Shown here in pieces: positions 35,060-46,197 of a stretch of 47,697 bases of DNA (its first letter is position 1; every line of letters begins with the position of its first letter). Source of the DNA: Ionaspis alba. Lineage: Eukaryota. Both the position numbers and the translations under genes were made by a program. Location of the stretch: the NCBI GenBank assembly GCA_964255285.1, contig CAXUUL010000043.1, forward strand, positions 1 through 47,697. The letters are read 5' to 3'. The notes below the pieces were generated by a model that saw only the letters and a program-made list of their open reading frames with translations, had not been told where the DNA came from and searched no databases.

Positions 35060-38000
35060 ATGTCCAGGAAGAGACGTAGAGAGCAACCCAGCGTCGATGT
35101 ACAAGCTGTCGAGATCTACGAAGACCTGGCAAACGAGAGTGAGGAAATTCGCCTCAAAGCTGCCCAGGCGCTGCTGTCAAGAATTTCCAATGAGAAGAGC
35201 CCAAGTCATGGAGAGCTTGATAAGATTTTGAAAAGACTCTTTCGAGGTCTCTGCAGTGGCCGCAAAGCGGCTCGCCTGGGGTTCTCCGTAGCATTGACTG
35301 AATTTCTGCTCCAGCATGCCGAACCTACACAATCGTCAGATGACGGCCTAGCTCATCTGACTATGGTTGAAATCGTTGACGTCCTAGAAAAACAGACGCA
35401 CCTTGGTGGCAGTGTCGCTGGTCAGGTAGATTTTACGTCTACTTTCTCAAAATGCTAGATGCTGACTCACTCGAAGGAAGAGCGTGATCATCACTTTGGC
35501 CGGCTGTTTGGTGCTGAAGCAGTTATCAAGTCTAGAGTTTTGATCTCATCCGACTCAATCGAGCAGTGGGAACGAGTCATTGGTCTTGTCTACGAACTAG
35601 CAATGAAGAAAGCTTGGCTCCGTGAAGAATGTGGCTGGGTGTTGCGAGAAGCATTGCTACTCTTGAAGCCCTGCGCAAATGTATTCAAGCATGCTCAGAT
35701 CGTCATCGACAAGCTAAGTGCTAGTGGTCTAGCAAAGACACCTGAAGGGCTTGCTTTGTGGGTAACTGCACAGTTTATATACCCCGATATTCAACTTCCA
35801 AAGCATGTATGGCATCATGAGGATCCTCTGCACCGCAGAGAGCGATCGAACCTTGCACGTACTCTGAAGGAGATTTATCACAGAGACGGCATCAAGGACA
35901 CCACGAAGCAGACGGCTGAGAAGGGCATGTGGTCTTCAAGGATTCACTTTGCATGGGATGTCGTGTTCGAAGCTCTGCTTGACAGCAGTCAAAATGCTCT
36001 CAAGCGCTTGAAATTCCCAGATCTATGGACAGAGGCTGTAGACGGTAAACAATCCTTCCTATATTGTGAGTGATCACTAAAAAAAAGGCTCCAGACGGTC
36101 TGTTCTCTATGTCCTCGTCCAATGAGAGAAAATATTGGGGCTTTTTGCTGTTTGACAAATATATTGAAGTGCTCCCGCACTCTACAATCGGTGTTTTGTT
36201 TGGCAAAAACTTTGTCAGATGCCTCACCAACCAGCTTGCATCTCATGAGAGGTATCTGCATCGTATGGCGGAGAAAGTTCTCAGGAGTATCCATGTACGG
36301 GCCTCTCGTGAGCCGTCGCTTGCGGGTCTCTTCATTGAAAAGCTCACTATCGATAACGGCTACCACAACTTTGACGTTATAACGAAGACGAAGACTATCG
36401 AGAAATTGCTGAGAGAGGCCAATCTGGAAGCGCTCCTTGAAATCGTTCCGAGATTGAGCCAAGTAATACTACGACCTCACACGCAGGATGAGAAGACTGC
36501 TGCTGTCGCTAGGCAGACCATTGCGGATCAACTTGTCTCTGCCATTCGATCCAGAGATTATCCAAGCAGCAACAATCCCGCGTTCTCGCAACATCGAAAC
36601 TGCATTTCCTTGATCATAGCTACATTTGTCAAGTATGCTTATGCATCAAACGGACCGATTCCCGATACATCCGAAAATTCTCCGATACCACCCATATCTG
36701 AATCAACTCGTGAGATGTTCAAGTCTCGAATTAATTCGTCACTGGGCCATCTCATGGCCAAAGCCCCTGATCCTGCATTCCACCCTTACAATACTCTTTG
36801 CGACGTACGATCACAAATTGAAAATAACACCGAGAGTTCGAGCATACTTCAGTCGGACCCAGAAATTGCGAAAGCCATTGGTAGAGCATGGAGAATTCTT
36901 GAGAAGATTCATGGCAAGGAGGAAGTGGCCGCTGGAACCAAGAAAGATCACCTCCAAGCATTCAAACTTCTCTTCACCATGACTCTCCTACAAGTATACA
37001 ATGCTGATCCTGACGCATTCACCATGGTCGACGAGTTGGAGGACTGTTATAAGGCTTTGGTAAAACGTAACAAATCAGAAAATCAAGGAGAGGGCTCCGA
37101 AATCTTGATCGAGATCATCCTGAGTTACGTTTCGAAACCGTCACTCATGTTCAAGCGAGTAGCAGAACAAGTTTTCTCAGTGTGCACCCCGTTACTTACT
37201 GAGAATGGATTGAAGTGCATGATAAAGGTTAGTCTCAATCCTCGAACTAGCTTGCGTTCCTGACACAACGAATTCAGGTTCTTGAAACCAAAGAATCAAT
37301 ATCTGGGCAGGAAGAGATATTTGATAAGGACGATGAGGCTATGGAGGATGTAACATCCGGTTCCGGCATGTCTGACGTCGAGGAGATTCCTGCACAGGCT
37401 GAAGGTAGCGTCAAATCAGATGATGTTGGGGATATATCGGATGTCTCAGAGAATTCGAGGTTCTCCGATAATGAAGAAGCAGATGATGAGCCATTGCAAG
37501 GAGAAGAGGATGCTGAGCTCGCTGCATTTGACGCCAAGCTTGCGCAAGCCCTTGGAACCAAACGAGCCGATCAAGCCCTGGAAGATGGTGATGACAGTGA
37601 ATCTTCTGACGAAGACATGGATGATGATCAGATGGAAGCTCTTGATATTCATCTCGAGAAAGTATTCAGTGAACGGAAGAAAATGACCAACAAGAAGACA
37701 GAGAGGAAACAAGCAAAGGAGACCATAATCATTTTCAAAAGCAGGGTACTGGAATTGCTGGAGATCTACATCAAAGACCAGTATCTCGGCACCCTGTCAC
37801 TCGATTTGATCCTGCCTCTACTCGGTCTAATCCGAGCAACGACAAGTAAGCAGGTTGCGGAGAAGGCTGGAAATCTGGTGCGAGAGTATTGTAAACTCTA
37901 CAAGCTCAAAGACACAATTACAGCTGGAAAAGCCTTCTCAGCCGAAGCAGTGACCGGTCTTCTGAAAGCAGTACACGAGGCAGCAGCGAGAGAAGGCTCG

Positions 38001-38207
38001 AACGCGTACAGCAATGCTTGCAGCCAAGCCAGCTTACTACTTGCCAAAGTCGCCATCACCAATGGTGGGAACGTATCACAGATCGTCGACTGCTATGCGA
38101 GCACGCAAAAGACGTTCATGACGGATCCTGCTTGCAAGATCAAAACGTCCTTCTTCACGGAATGGCTCAACTGGTGCACGTCGGCGAGGAAGAATCTGCC
38201 CTCGTGA
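35060..38207 (+). CDS. POL5: Pol5 / DNA polymerase phi (MYBBP1A family) ribosome-biogenesis factor, 4 exons
   Basis: Motifs IYEDLA..EEIRLKAA, LKRLFRGLCSGRKAARLGFSVALTE, EERDHHFGRLFG, WLREECG, ERKYWGF, FDVITKTKT, an acidic tract, and FKSRVLELLEIY. Introns ~35426-35476, ~36045-36095, ~37228-37278. Confidence 0.93.
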
Positions 38208-39090
38208 TTGGCAATCAAGCTGGCAGCAACTCGTGTGATTCGCGCTGGCCACGACATGAGCTACTAGCTGAACGGACTGTCAAGGTCTTGTTATCCTGCA
38301 TCTAGAGGACGATGCGTTGTGCCACGGAGAAACGTTCGCAGCTCTTCTAGGAAAGTCGACTCATGACTTCAAAGATGCTCTAGGAAACACTGTCGAGGCC
38401 GCCTGAGTTCTACGTCATATGCGGATTTCTTTACCCTATGTATCTGAATATATACCGTCTCCTCTCTTCCTATTACTATACTCAATCCCATCGTATTTCT
38501 CGGTGTTCGCTTGCTGTTGCGAAAGCTCTGTTCAGGAATATCTCAAGCACAGGCGGAGATATGGCATTTACAAGATGATAACATGCCGAGAGACTGAGCA
38601 TTGGAGTTTGGCAGCAGCAGCCTAGCTGTAAGTTGGTGCTTCTCATGGTGGCAGGTTGGACAGCGAAAGACCTTGGACCGATACTGAAGGAGATGTTGAC
38701 GCCTAGCTTAGGAAGGAAGAGCCGAGTTCAAGGACAAAAATTTAGAAGATGAGATATTCATACAGTGTGCCAGTCATGACGGCATTGATACCGGGCTTAT
38801 AGGGAGAGCTCATACTCTGCCTCTCAATTCAGAGAAGGAAATGGTACCTGGAAGCGTGGCTTGAGGTAACCTTTTGGAGGAAGACGGTGACAAAAGCGAA
38901 AGGGATACGGATAGGTGCCAGCCCAACGGACTGTCCCGCAATGCAGGAACCAAGTCTCGTAATCAGTTCTGATAAGGCCGATCGAAAAAGCTTCAAAATA
39001 GGCTGTCAATCTCTAACTATATGTAAATAGACGTGAAGAGTTCTTCTAAATGCTCACCCGGAATAGCTATACGGCAAATCCTCCGAGATA

Positions 39091-39190
39091 NNNNNNNNNN
39101 NNNNNNNNNNNNNNNNNNNNNNNNNNNNNNNNNNNNNNNNNNNNNNNNNNNNNNNNNNNNNNNNNNNNNNNNNNNNNNNNNNNNNNNNNN
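39091..39190. other. Assembly gap (100 N), flanks not overlapping
   Basis: N run. It probably hides the 5' end of the peptidase gene that follows. Confidence 0.95.
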
Positions 39191-40325
39191 CATCTCATCC
39201 CACCCCTCCTCTTCCCAGACCCCGATGCCGCTCACGCGATCCTACCGCCTCCTCCTGGCCTTACACCACAACCCGCCAATCCCACACCCGCTCTAGCCCC
39301 ACAACCATCTAATCCACTCTCAATTGCTCAACCCGCGTCGTCAACGAGCTCCAACCTACTCCCACCACCTGGTCGGCCGCATGCCGAATCAGCACACGCT
39401 ATCCTCCCTCCACCTCCTGCGCTAGTCCAACACGCCCTACACTCACTTCCGATTCGTTCTCGCGAGGCACCGATTCCCTCCCTTCGAAACCCTCCACCCG
39501 TATCATCCAAACTCCCGCCAGCCGGCCGGCCCCATGCCGACTCCGCACCACCTGCACTTCCCTCCCTCGCGCTTATCACACAACATCTTCCCAAATCCAG
39601 CCTTCCTCCTCCACCCGCGCAGCCAGTGCAAGCAGTGCAGCCCCAACAGCCGATTGCCCTACCACCACCAACACCGGCAGCTCTGGACCCGAAGCCGAAT
39701 TTCGATCTCGTGCTTTTCATCGGTATGGCTCAGGGGCGGAATTACTACACGCTGGAGACGCAGGCACATAGGGATGGGTATGCCGCCAGGGATGAAGATG
39801 GGAGGACTTTGGAAGCGGATAAATTATGGAAGGGGTGGGGAGCACCTGAGATGTTGAAGATGGGGTTTTGTGAGTGCAAGGAGAAGGTTTTGGAGGCGTG
39901 GAGGGCCGGGCTGGTAAGTTTATTTATTTCTTCTAGAGCTATTCAGATTATGGGATGTGGGGGTGCATGGTATGAGTTTGCTAAATTGGACGCGCTGAGG
40001 AGGCGGAGAAATGCGAAGAGGGGAACTGGAAGGGAGTTTCAAGTACGGAGGCTAATTGATTCTTGTGATGCAGGATGAGGATGTTCGTCTTTCGGACGAT
40101 GCGGGCCGGTATTTGTGTGACTTCGTGTTCTATACGGGATTGGTGGAGTACTGGCGGAGAAGGAAGGAGGGGGAAGACGGGGAAGATGCACCGGTAGTTT
40201 TTCTACATGTTCCGGGTGAAACAGAAGATAAGAATATACGAAGTGGAGTAAGAGTTGCGGAAGGATTGATCAAGGCGTTGGTGGAGACTCGATGGGGTCG
40301 AGGAAAGGGAGGTAATGCGCAGTGA
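39191..40325 (+). CDS. Pyroglutamyl-peptidase I (peptidase C15)-like protein, 5'-truncated by the gap, with Pro-rich repeat insertion
   Basis: Motifs DLVLFIGMA, YTLETQAHRDGY (catalytic Glu), SDDAGRYLCDFVFY (Cys), VVFLHVP (His). Phase-0 intron 39914-40073 (GTAAGT..CTAAT..CAG). Confidence 0.85.
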
Positions 40326-43300
40326 TTGGACTGATTGAGAGCATGAGTGCAGTAATCGTTGTGGAAGAGCCTAGAGCGTGGCACATATAATGGCCGAAGG
40401 TGCGTGATTATTGTTGGGACTAATGTGGATTAAGAAGGATATTTCAAGCCTTGGATGGATACTACCAGTGGGATTTTCATTAGCGGAGGATTGTCCATAG
40501 GTTATGACGGGACATGGATCAATAAGGTGAGAGTTTGGACCATTATTTGGATACATCTGCGATGAAGTTCTATGTCAAAAGCTCAACTTTGGCTGGTAAT
40601 TTTTTGGACATATATTATCTTCAATTCGACAGAGAAGTAATCCAATACTGACTGTACTTGATCTGTTGCGGGCCAGTTGCGGAAGATGCCTTGAGCGGAG
40701 GGTCTTTCTCTATTCACGGCTGCAGAACCATTTGGATGATGGCCCGTGAGACGCTCCAACGAGCTCAAAATACATGTTGTAGCGATAAGACGCTCTGCAT
40801 GGGATAGAGGCTAGAAGTTGCTACTACCCACCACTGCATCGAGGCCCGTCTAGTGGGTGGACAGTTCGCAAGCAACTCTTACGAAGCTCACACGGCAGGA
40901 GAGTAGTATCAATGATGACTCGACGGATATATCGCTTTCGAGACGAGGAGAAAGCTACGGCGTTACACTCATGTAGCTTTTCGTGACTCTGCCAGGGGAG
41001 AAGCAAAATCAAAGCACGAAAATCACGCGGAGTGACCAATCAGCGATTCTGACGCGAAGAAAGTCGAACTAAATGACCAATAGTGCGCCATGCAGCGAAA
41101 ATCGTGATTACCATGCATTAAATATATCTAGACTCTGGAATGGAGTCGCCGACTGGTCTTTAGCCAGTAATAGAAGGAGGAAGCCCTGACTCAAAACCAA
41201 TCGGCGAGATCAGACCACAAGACGCGGTGATCGACGGCTTTGATTGTGGGTGTGGTGTTTCGTAGCATGGTGATCAGACCGACAAGCAAAGCGACGACCC
41301 AGTTGACAGTGTGTAGAACATCAGCATAAGGTCTTCTGATACATGTTTCGTGCTGCCGAGTCAAGGAGGATTCTATGTTAGGTCGAGGCTTTCGTTGTCA
41401 TCGACCCAACTTCGATGTGGGCAGTGAACCGCGCTAAACGCGAGACTGACGCGTAAGCTGTTTCGGGATCAATCGCGAAGTGATTCCAAGCACGAGCATA
41501 AGAGCTGTATAGTAGCGCCATGTATAGCTTCACTACAGCCTTTACCAATCATTTCATTACGACCTCGCTGCAAACATGAGCTCACTCCGAGGGCGCAGCC
41601 GCTTATCGGACGAAGGAAACGCACAGATATCCACAGATTGGCTATTTGAGGCAACCTACCATGAGGTACCACACTTTCATGTGAAGCCGTTGATTGAGCA
41701 ATGCAGGACGGGATCCACTCTCCTAGTCCTCCTCGATTTTGCGCTACCACAACGTGCTCCGCCGGAAGCGCTATATATGCCGTAGTCGTGCCTGTGATAG
41801 ACCTCGTAGGCCGCATTAGAAGTATCACTTCAATGCATCAGGATCACATATTTCTAGCCCGCTCCCCGCGTGGATGGATTTCCCCGCCGCCACCATCTAT
41901 CGATAGCGAGCTGTCAAAACTCGTAGCGTCGTAGATCTGAGCGGTTGGTAGAACATGAGAGGCTGGACCTCCTGTAAGACGCGTCGAAAAATCCTTGTAA
42001 TTCGCGTTGTAGCGTTGCATGTGGTGTTAGCCCAGGCCACTCTACCCGCGGCGTCCTTCCTAACAGAAGGATTGAATGCGATTTTTCTAAGGCTTTTGGC
42101 ATTCTGCTTCGGTGCCCAAGGCAGGGTTCTCCTCTTTTCTTTCTTTTCTTCGTGGACGTCGACTTCGCTGTCACGGATTGCAAATTGAATGGAGAAAATC
42201 GTGGAAATATATCTATGAGATTTCCAGGCCTCTCCACCAGCGACCAAGCTCGGGCTATACAGTATCCGAGTCAGACGGAGCCATCCAAGACACGATACCG
42301 CTCAAGCTGAACACCATTGAATACGCACCTATTGCCTGTGCAAAGTGTGTTCGCTTTGCTTGTGATAATCCAGACTGGCTAGCGCGTCTCGGAAGCAAGC
42401 GAGGAAGGCCTGAAGATCGACCCGCTCCTCCCAACCCCGAATCTCAACCTCCACCCACCTCTTCTACGAACCACCTTCAACGTCGTCTGTCCTCCACCCC
42501 TCTCCCTGCCTCAGGCTGGCTGCAGTCGCTCGACACCTCTCTACCTCCTGCTCCTTTGTCGTCTACAGTCCGTCGCTCTTCGTTTTCCGACAAGGTCTTT
42601 TGCGCGTATCGCGATTTCAAATTCAACAAACGGTCGCGTCAAATTCCCACAGAGGCCACCGATCCGATCCGACCGAAGAAAACACCACACCACAACACAA
42701 CGCTTCGCACAAACTTTGCTGGTCTTTTCAAAGCTCCAAGACATGTGTGCTTGAGACTCTGAAGCTACATCAGCACTAGTATTGCTTCGCTTTCCTGCAT
42801 ATGCGTCCTATCTCCAAAGGTCGTGCCTAATCAGCACTATCGTGATCGTCACTGGAACATTGTCACAGTCATCTTCGTTGAACGCTTCCGCTTTCTCAAC
42901 GATCAAGCTCGAGACTTTGCCATATAGTTTCTCTTTCGCTTTCACCCACTCGCCGAGGTACACTCGACAATCTATTGTGCTCCGAACAGTTCTCAAGCAT
43001 CTTATACTTCAACTACACAACAGTGACGGAAATCAATTTCGAGAAACAGGCCGCACTACTTAGGAGCGACCCTTCTAGACAGCATGTTTCGGTGATTCCG
43101 CTCTTCTTCGCTCGATAACTTAGACAGCTACACCAACTTGAGCTCCGTCCCACTGCAGATTAGACGAAAGGTCTTTCATCCTTCGCGACTTCTCTAGCTT
43201 TGACTTGTCGACGGGCTTGCCTCTACCGGGACATTCAACCACCCCTAGTCATTAAGACACGCCGCTTTGTTCACTCCTACAATAAGACGTCGATAGAGTA

Positions 43301-43340
43301 TTCATCTCAAAGGAGCCAGGCACAAATTTCTTCTGCCACA

Positions 43341-45320
43341 ATGTCGCACCACTCACGCCCCCATCTGTCTATCACGCTTCCGCGGAACTTTGCTTTTCAC
43401 TATACCGAGGGCGAAGGACCGAAAACGCCAGATCGAGAGGTTGCTGCACCACCAAGACCACCATCCCCACAAGCTTATAGAATTCGTCGTCGAGGCCGAC
43501 CCAGCATCCCATCCACAGATGTCTTCAGCCCACCTGAGATGACGAAGAACAACGAGGACATTCCAATTCCGACGATAGAAACCCCGATGCTATTCGAACC
43601 TACTCTCCCTCCCCTTCCAGATAGCACTAGCGGAGGTGCAGATGGATATCTCGCTCCTCTAGCACCTCGTGGCTGGATGACAGCTCCGAGAACACCATCT
43701 TCACGAGAGAACTTTCCCGGTGATTGGGATGCTTCAGTTCACAAGAAGCTTGGAGAGGAGATTACCCGTCCAATGTCCGCGTGCTCGATCGTATCAAATT
43801 CATCAGAAGATTCGAATGACAGTTCCGAGAATTGCTATTCCCTCGGCGGAAGTTGCACGAGTCCAGAGAGCGACGCTCCAGATCCGTTTGTATTTCCTAC
43901 AAAGGGAAAGACCAAAGTAAAGCTCGACACATCTTTTCTAGAAGAAACTCCCACAGCTGTGAGGCATCGACCAATAATACGAAAGTCTGTTCATTGGACG
44001 CCAGAGATGGACAAGCATATCTGGACAACCTACATGTTCTATCTTCAGGATCCTACAGTCACTCCCTTTAAGATGCTTCCTGGGAGTCCACCACCTCTAG
44101 GAATCTGTCATCGTGTCGCCCGTCAATCACGCAGGACATGGCGAGGTGGCAAGCCAGTCTTGGATGACTCGACTGCTACTGCAGCCCCCTTTGACAGTAC
44201 TGGGAAAGCTCCGGCAGTGCCTCGTGGCGGCTCTCCAGACACAATTCGGCCTGAACGAAGTGGCAGCAGTACACCTACTCTACTGCAAAAGGTTACGCCG
44301 TGGCCAAAATCGGGCTCCGCGACGAGAAAGCGGCTCAGAATCCTCTGCAAACGAAAGGCCACAATTGCTCCTCACTATCAGAGACTGCTGCAAAGTCGCA
44401 GTCCATCGCCCTTCACGTCTAGTCCTCAGACCACTTCTCGCACAGTCCGAATGTCTAGTCCCCTCAATGAACAGGGAGCTGCAGCCTCATTCGCTACACG
44501 CGACATCCAAATGTCTTTGACAACCAGTACTTCAAGTACTATGCAGCCAGATGGACCTCTCGCTCAATTGTCGAAGCCGACGCCTCGTGCTGAACGCTTT
44601 CTGAACGATGAGTGGTTTAATGATCCCAGTGTTCCTTGGGCCTCTCCAGCACCAATCCCTTCGGATATTGACCATGTCATGGGTAACCAAGATGTCGCCA
44701 CTGAGCTACCACGCCTTGGATCACCTTTCGGCTATCACACTTGGGGTCCGAGCCGGACCCGACAACAACTAAGGCCAACAACACCGAGAATTCAATCCAG
44801 CGATATTCCGATGTCTTCGCCACGTCTTCAGTCGCCTGTGCAGCTTCACGGCACGTTTCCATATCCTAGCAGTCACAAACGTCGCGCTCAGAACCAGCTT
44901 GAGGATGAGCTCAGTCCAGGTGGTACAGATTTGAAGCGAACAGTACTGAAGGAGCTCTTCGGCGACTCCCTGCAGAACTCTCAACGTCGAGTCAGGACTC
45001 GTGGATTCAGTCTTGGTGATGTCACCATCCATGACCGACTTACATCTTTGTTCAGTCCTGAGAGTGACAACGAGCCCAATTCCACTTCTGAAGACGTCGA
45101 GCTTCCACCTATGGATACTAGCTCTTCGTCTCTGGCACCACCTCCACAACCTGACTCCATCAAACGTCTCGGATCACCATTCGCTGGCATCGGTAGTCGT
45201 CCTGCTCGTGTCCGAGGTCGGCATCTGCCTTCAGCGAGCCTTTCGTCCTATGATCCTTCTGCTTTCGCATCTATCGATCAGCGACTAGGTCTGGCGAACT
45301 TTCACACCAGTGCTAGGTAG
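43341..45320 (+). CDS. Uncharacterised S/P/T-rich fungal protein with a central Trp/aromatic-rich globular segment
   Basis: 659-codon intronless ORF from ACAATG at 43341. Central segment WTPEMDKHIWTTYMFYLQDPTVTPF...PPLGICHRVARQSRRTW...WPKSGSATRKRLRILCKRK. Confidence 0.85.
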   Translation: MSHHSRPHLSITLPRNFAFHYTEGEGPKTPDREVAAPPRPPSPQAYRIRRRGRPSIPSTDVFSPPEMTKNNEDIPIPTIETPMLFEPTLPPLPDSTSGGADGYLAPLAPRGWMTAPRTPSSRENFPGDWDASVHKKLGEEITRPMSACSIVSNSSEDSNDSSENCYSLGGSCTSPESDAPDPFVFPTKGKTKVKLDTSFLEETPTAVRHRPIIRKSVHWTPEMDKHIWTTYMFYLQDPTVTPFKMLPGSPPPLGICHRVARQSRRTWRGGKPVLDDSTATAAPFDSTGKAPAVPRGGSPDTIRPERSGSSTPTLLQKVTPWPKSGSATRKRLRILCKRKATIAPHYQRLLQSRSPSPFTSSPQTTSRTVRMSSPLNEQGAAASFATRDIQMSLTTSTSSTMQPDGPLAQLSKPTPRAERFLNDEWFNDPSVPWASPAPIPSDIDHVMGNQDVATELPRLGSPFGYHTWGPSRTRQQLRPTTPRIQSSDIPMSSPRLQSPVQLHGTFPYPSSHKRRAQNQLEDELSPGGTDLKRTVLKELFGDSLQNSQRRVRTRGFSLGDVTIHDRLTSLFSPESDNEPNSTSEDVELPPMDTSSSSLAPPPQPDSIKRLGSPFAGIGSRPARVRGRHLPSASLSSYDPSAFASIDQRLGLANFHTSAR

Positions 45321-45687
45321 CATTCGCTGGCTTCGGACACCGCTGCCAGGGAGACGTTCACCTTGCATCAACATAGCTGTGACAGCATTGTGCATGCCTA
45401 CATTACGTGAAGCTCACCTCTTCCTCACTTCTATTTGGACATTCACCTTCACACAAATTTTTTCTTATACGATATCTACGAATCGGCTTTTACGACTTTC
45501 ACGATCTTCATCTCTCACACCTATTTGACTGGAACAGAATCTTCCACTTCGGACTCAATTGTATCACCCATACATTCTGTCGACTTCAAAAGCTTGACTC
45601 CACGACCGCAAAGGATCTATCTAGTCACAGATAGTGTCCTTTTCTACATCACAATTTGCGACGACTGCATGTTACTAGGTTGTGAAA

Positions 45688-45787
45688 NNNNNNNNNNNNN
45701 NNNNNNNNNNNNNNNNNNNNNNNNNNNNNNNNNNNNNNNNNNNNNNNNNNNNNNNNNNNNNNNNNNNNNNNNNNNNNNNNNNNNNNN
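45688..45787. other. Assembly gap (100 N)
   Basis: N run in the intergenic region between two convergent genes. Confidence 0.95.
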
Positions 45788-46197
45788 GAAAGTCCCACGC
45801 AGATCCTTGACGCCTAGGACACCACTTATTACTCGATCTCGTTCCTTCTTTACACTATGTCCGTCCTTGTACGTACCCTTGTTGTAATTGACGATCAGCA
45901 TGGTCTTGACGATATTTTGATGTTTACACATTCTGGACTGCGGTGCATATGTGGGTCTGAAATTTATGCAAAGATGTTGGATCATGATGTATGCGCGCGG
46001 GACAGTCACTAAGGGTCATTTCGACAACAAACGTTGTATTTAGAAATCTTAGCACCAGATGTTGACATCGCAATGAGCATCCAAAACGTGTGTGACATGT
46101 ACAAGGCTAATATCCTCATAGCGTGTCCAATGCAAGCCAGTATCCAAAACCCTCTTAGGGAGAAAGTTCAAACGCCGAAACCATGCACCATGCACCC

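Noticed and set aside
38419..39090. Short ORFs between POL5 and the third gap as a peptidase N-terminus or pseudogene
   Set aside because: No TGFGPF/NPS motif expected for a C15 N-terminus, multiple stops, and no identifiable family.
40943..40984. Hairpin AAAGCTAC/GTAGCTTT downstream of ATGATGA
   Set aside because: An 8-bp stem is expected by chance in 47 kb, and there is no other ncRNA hallmark.
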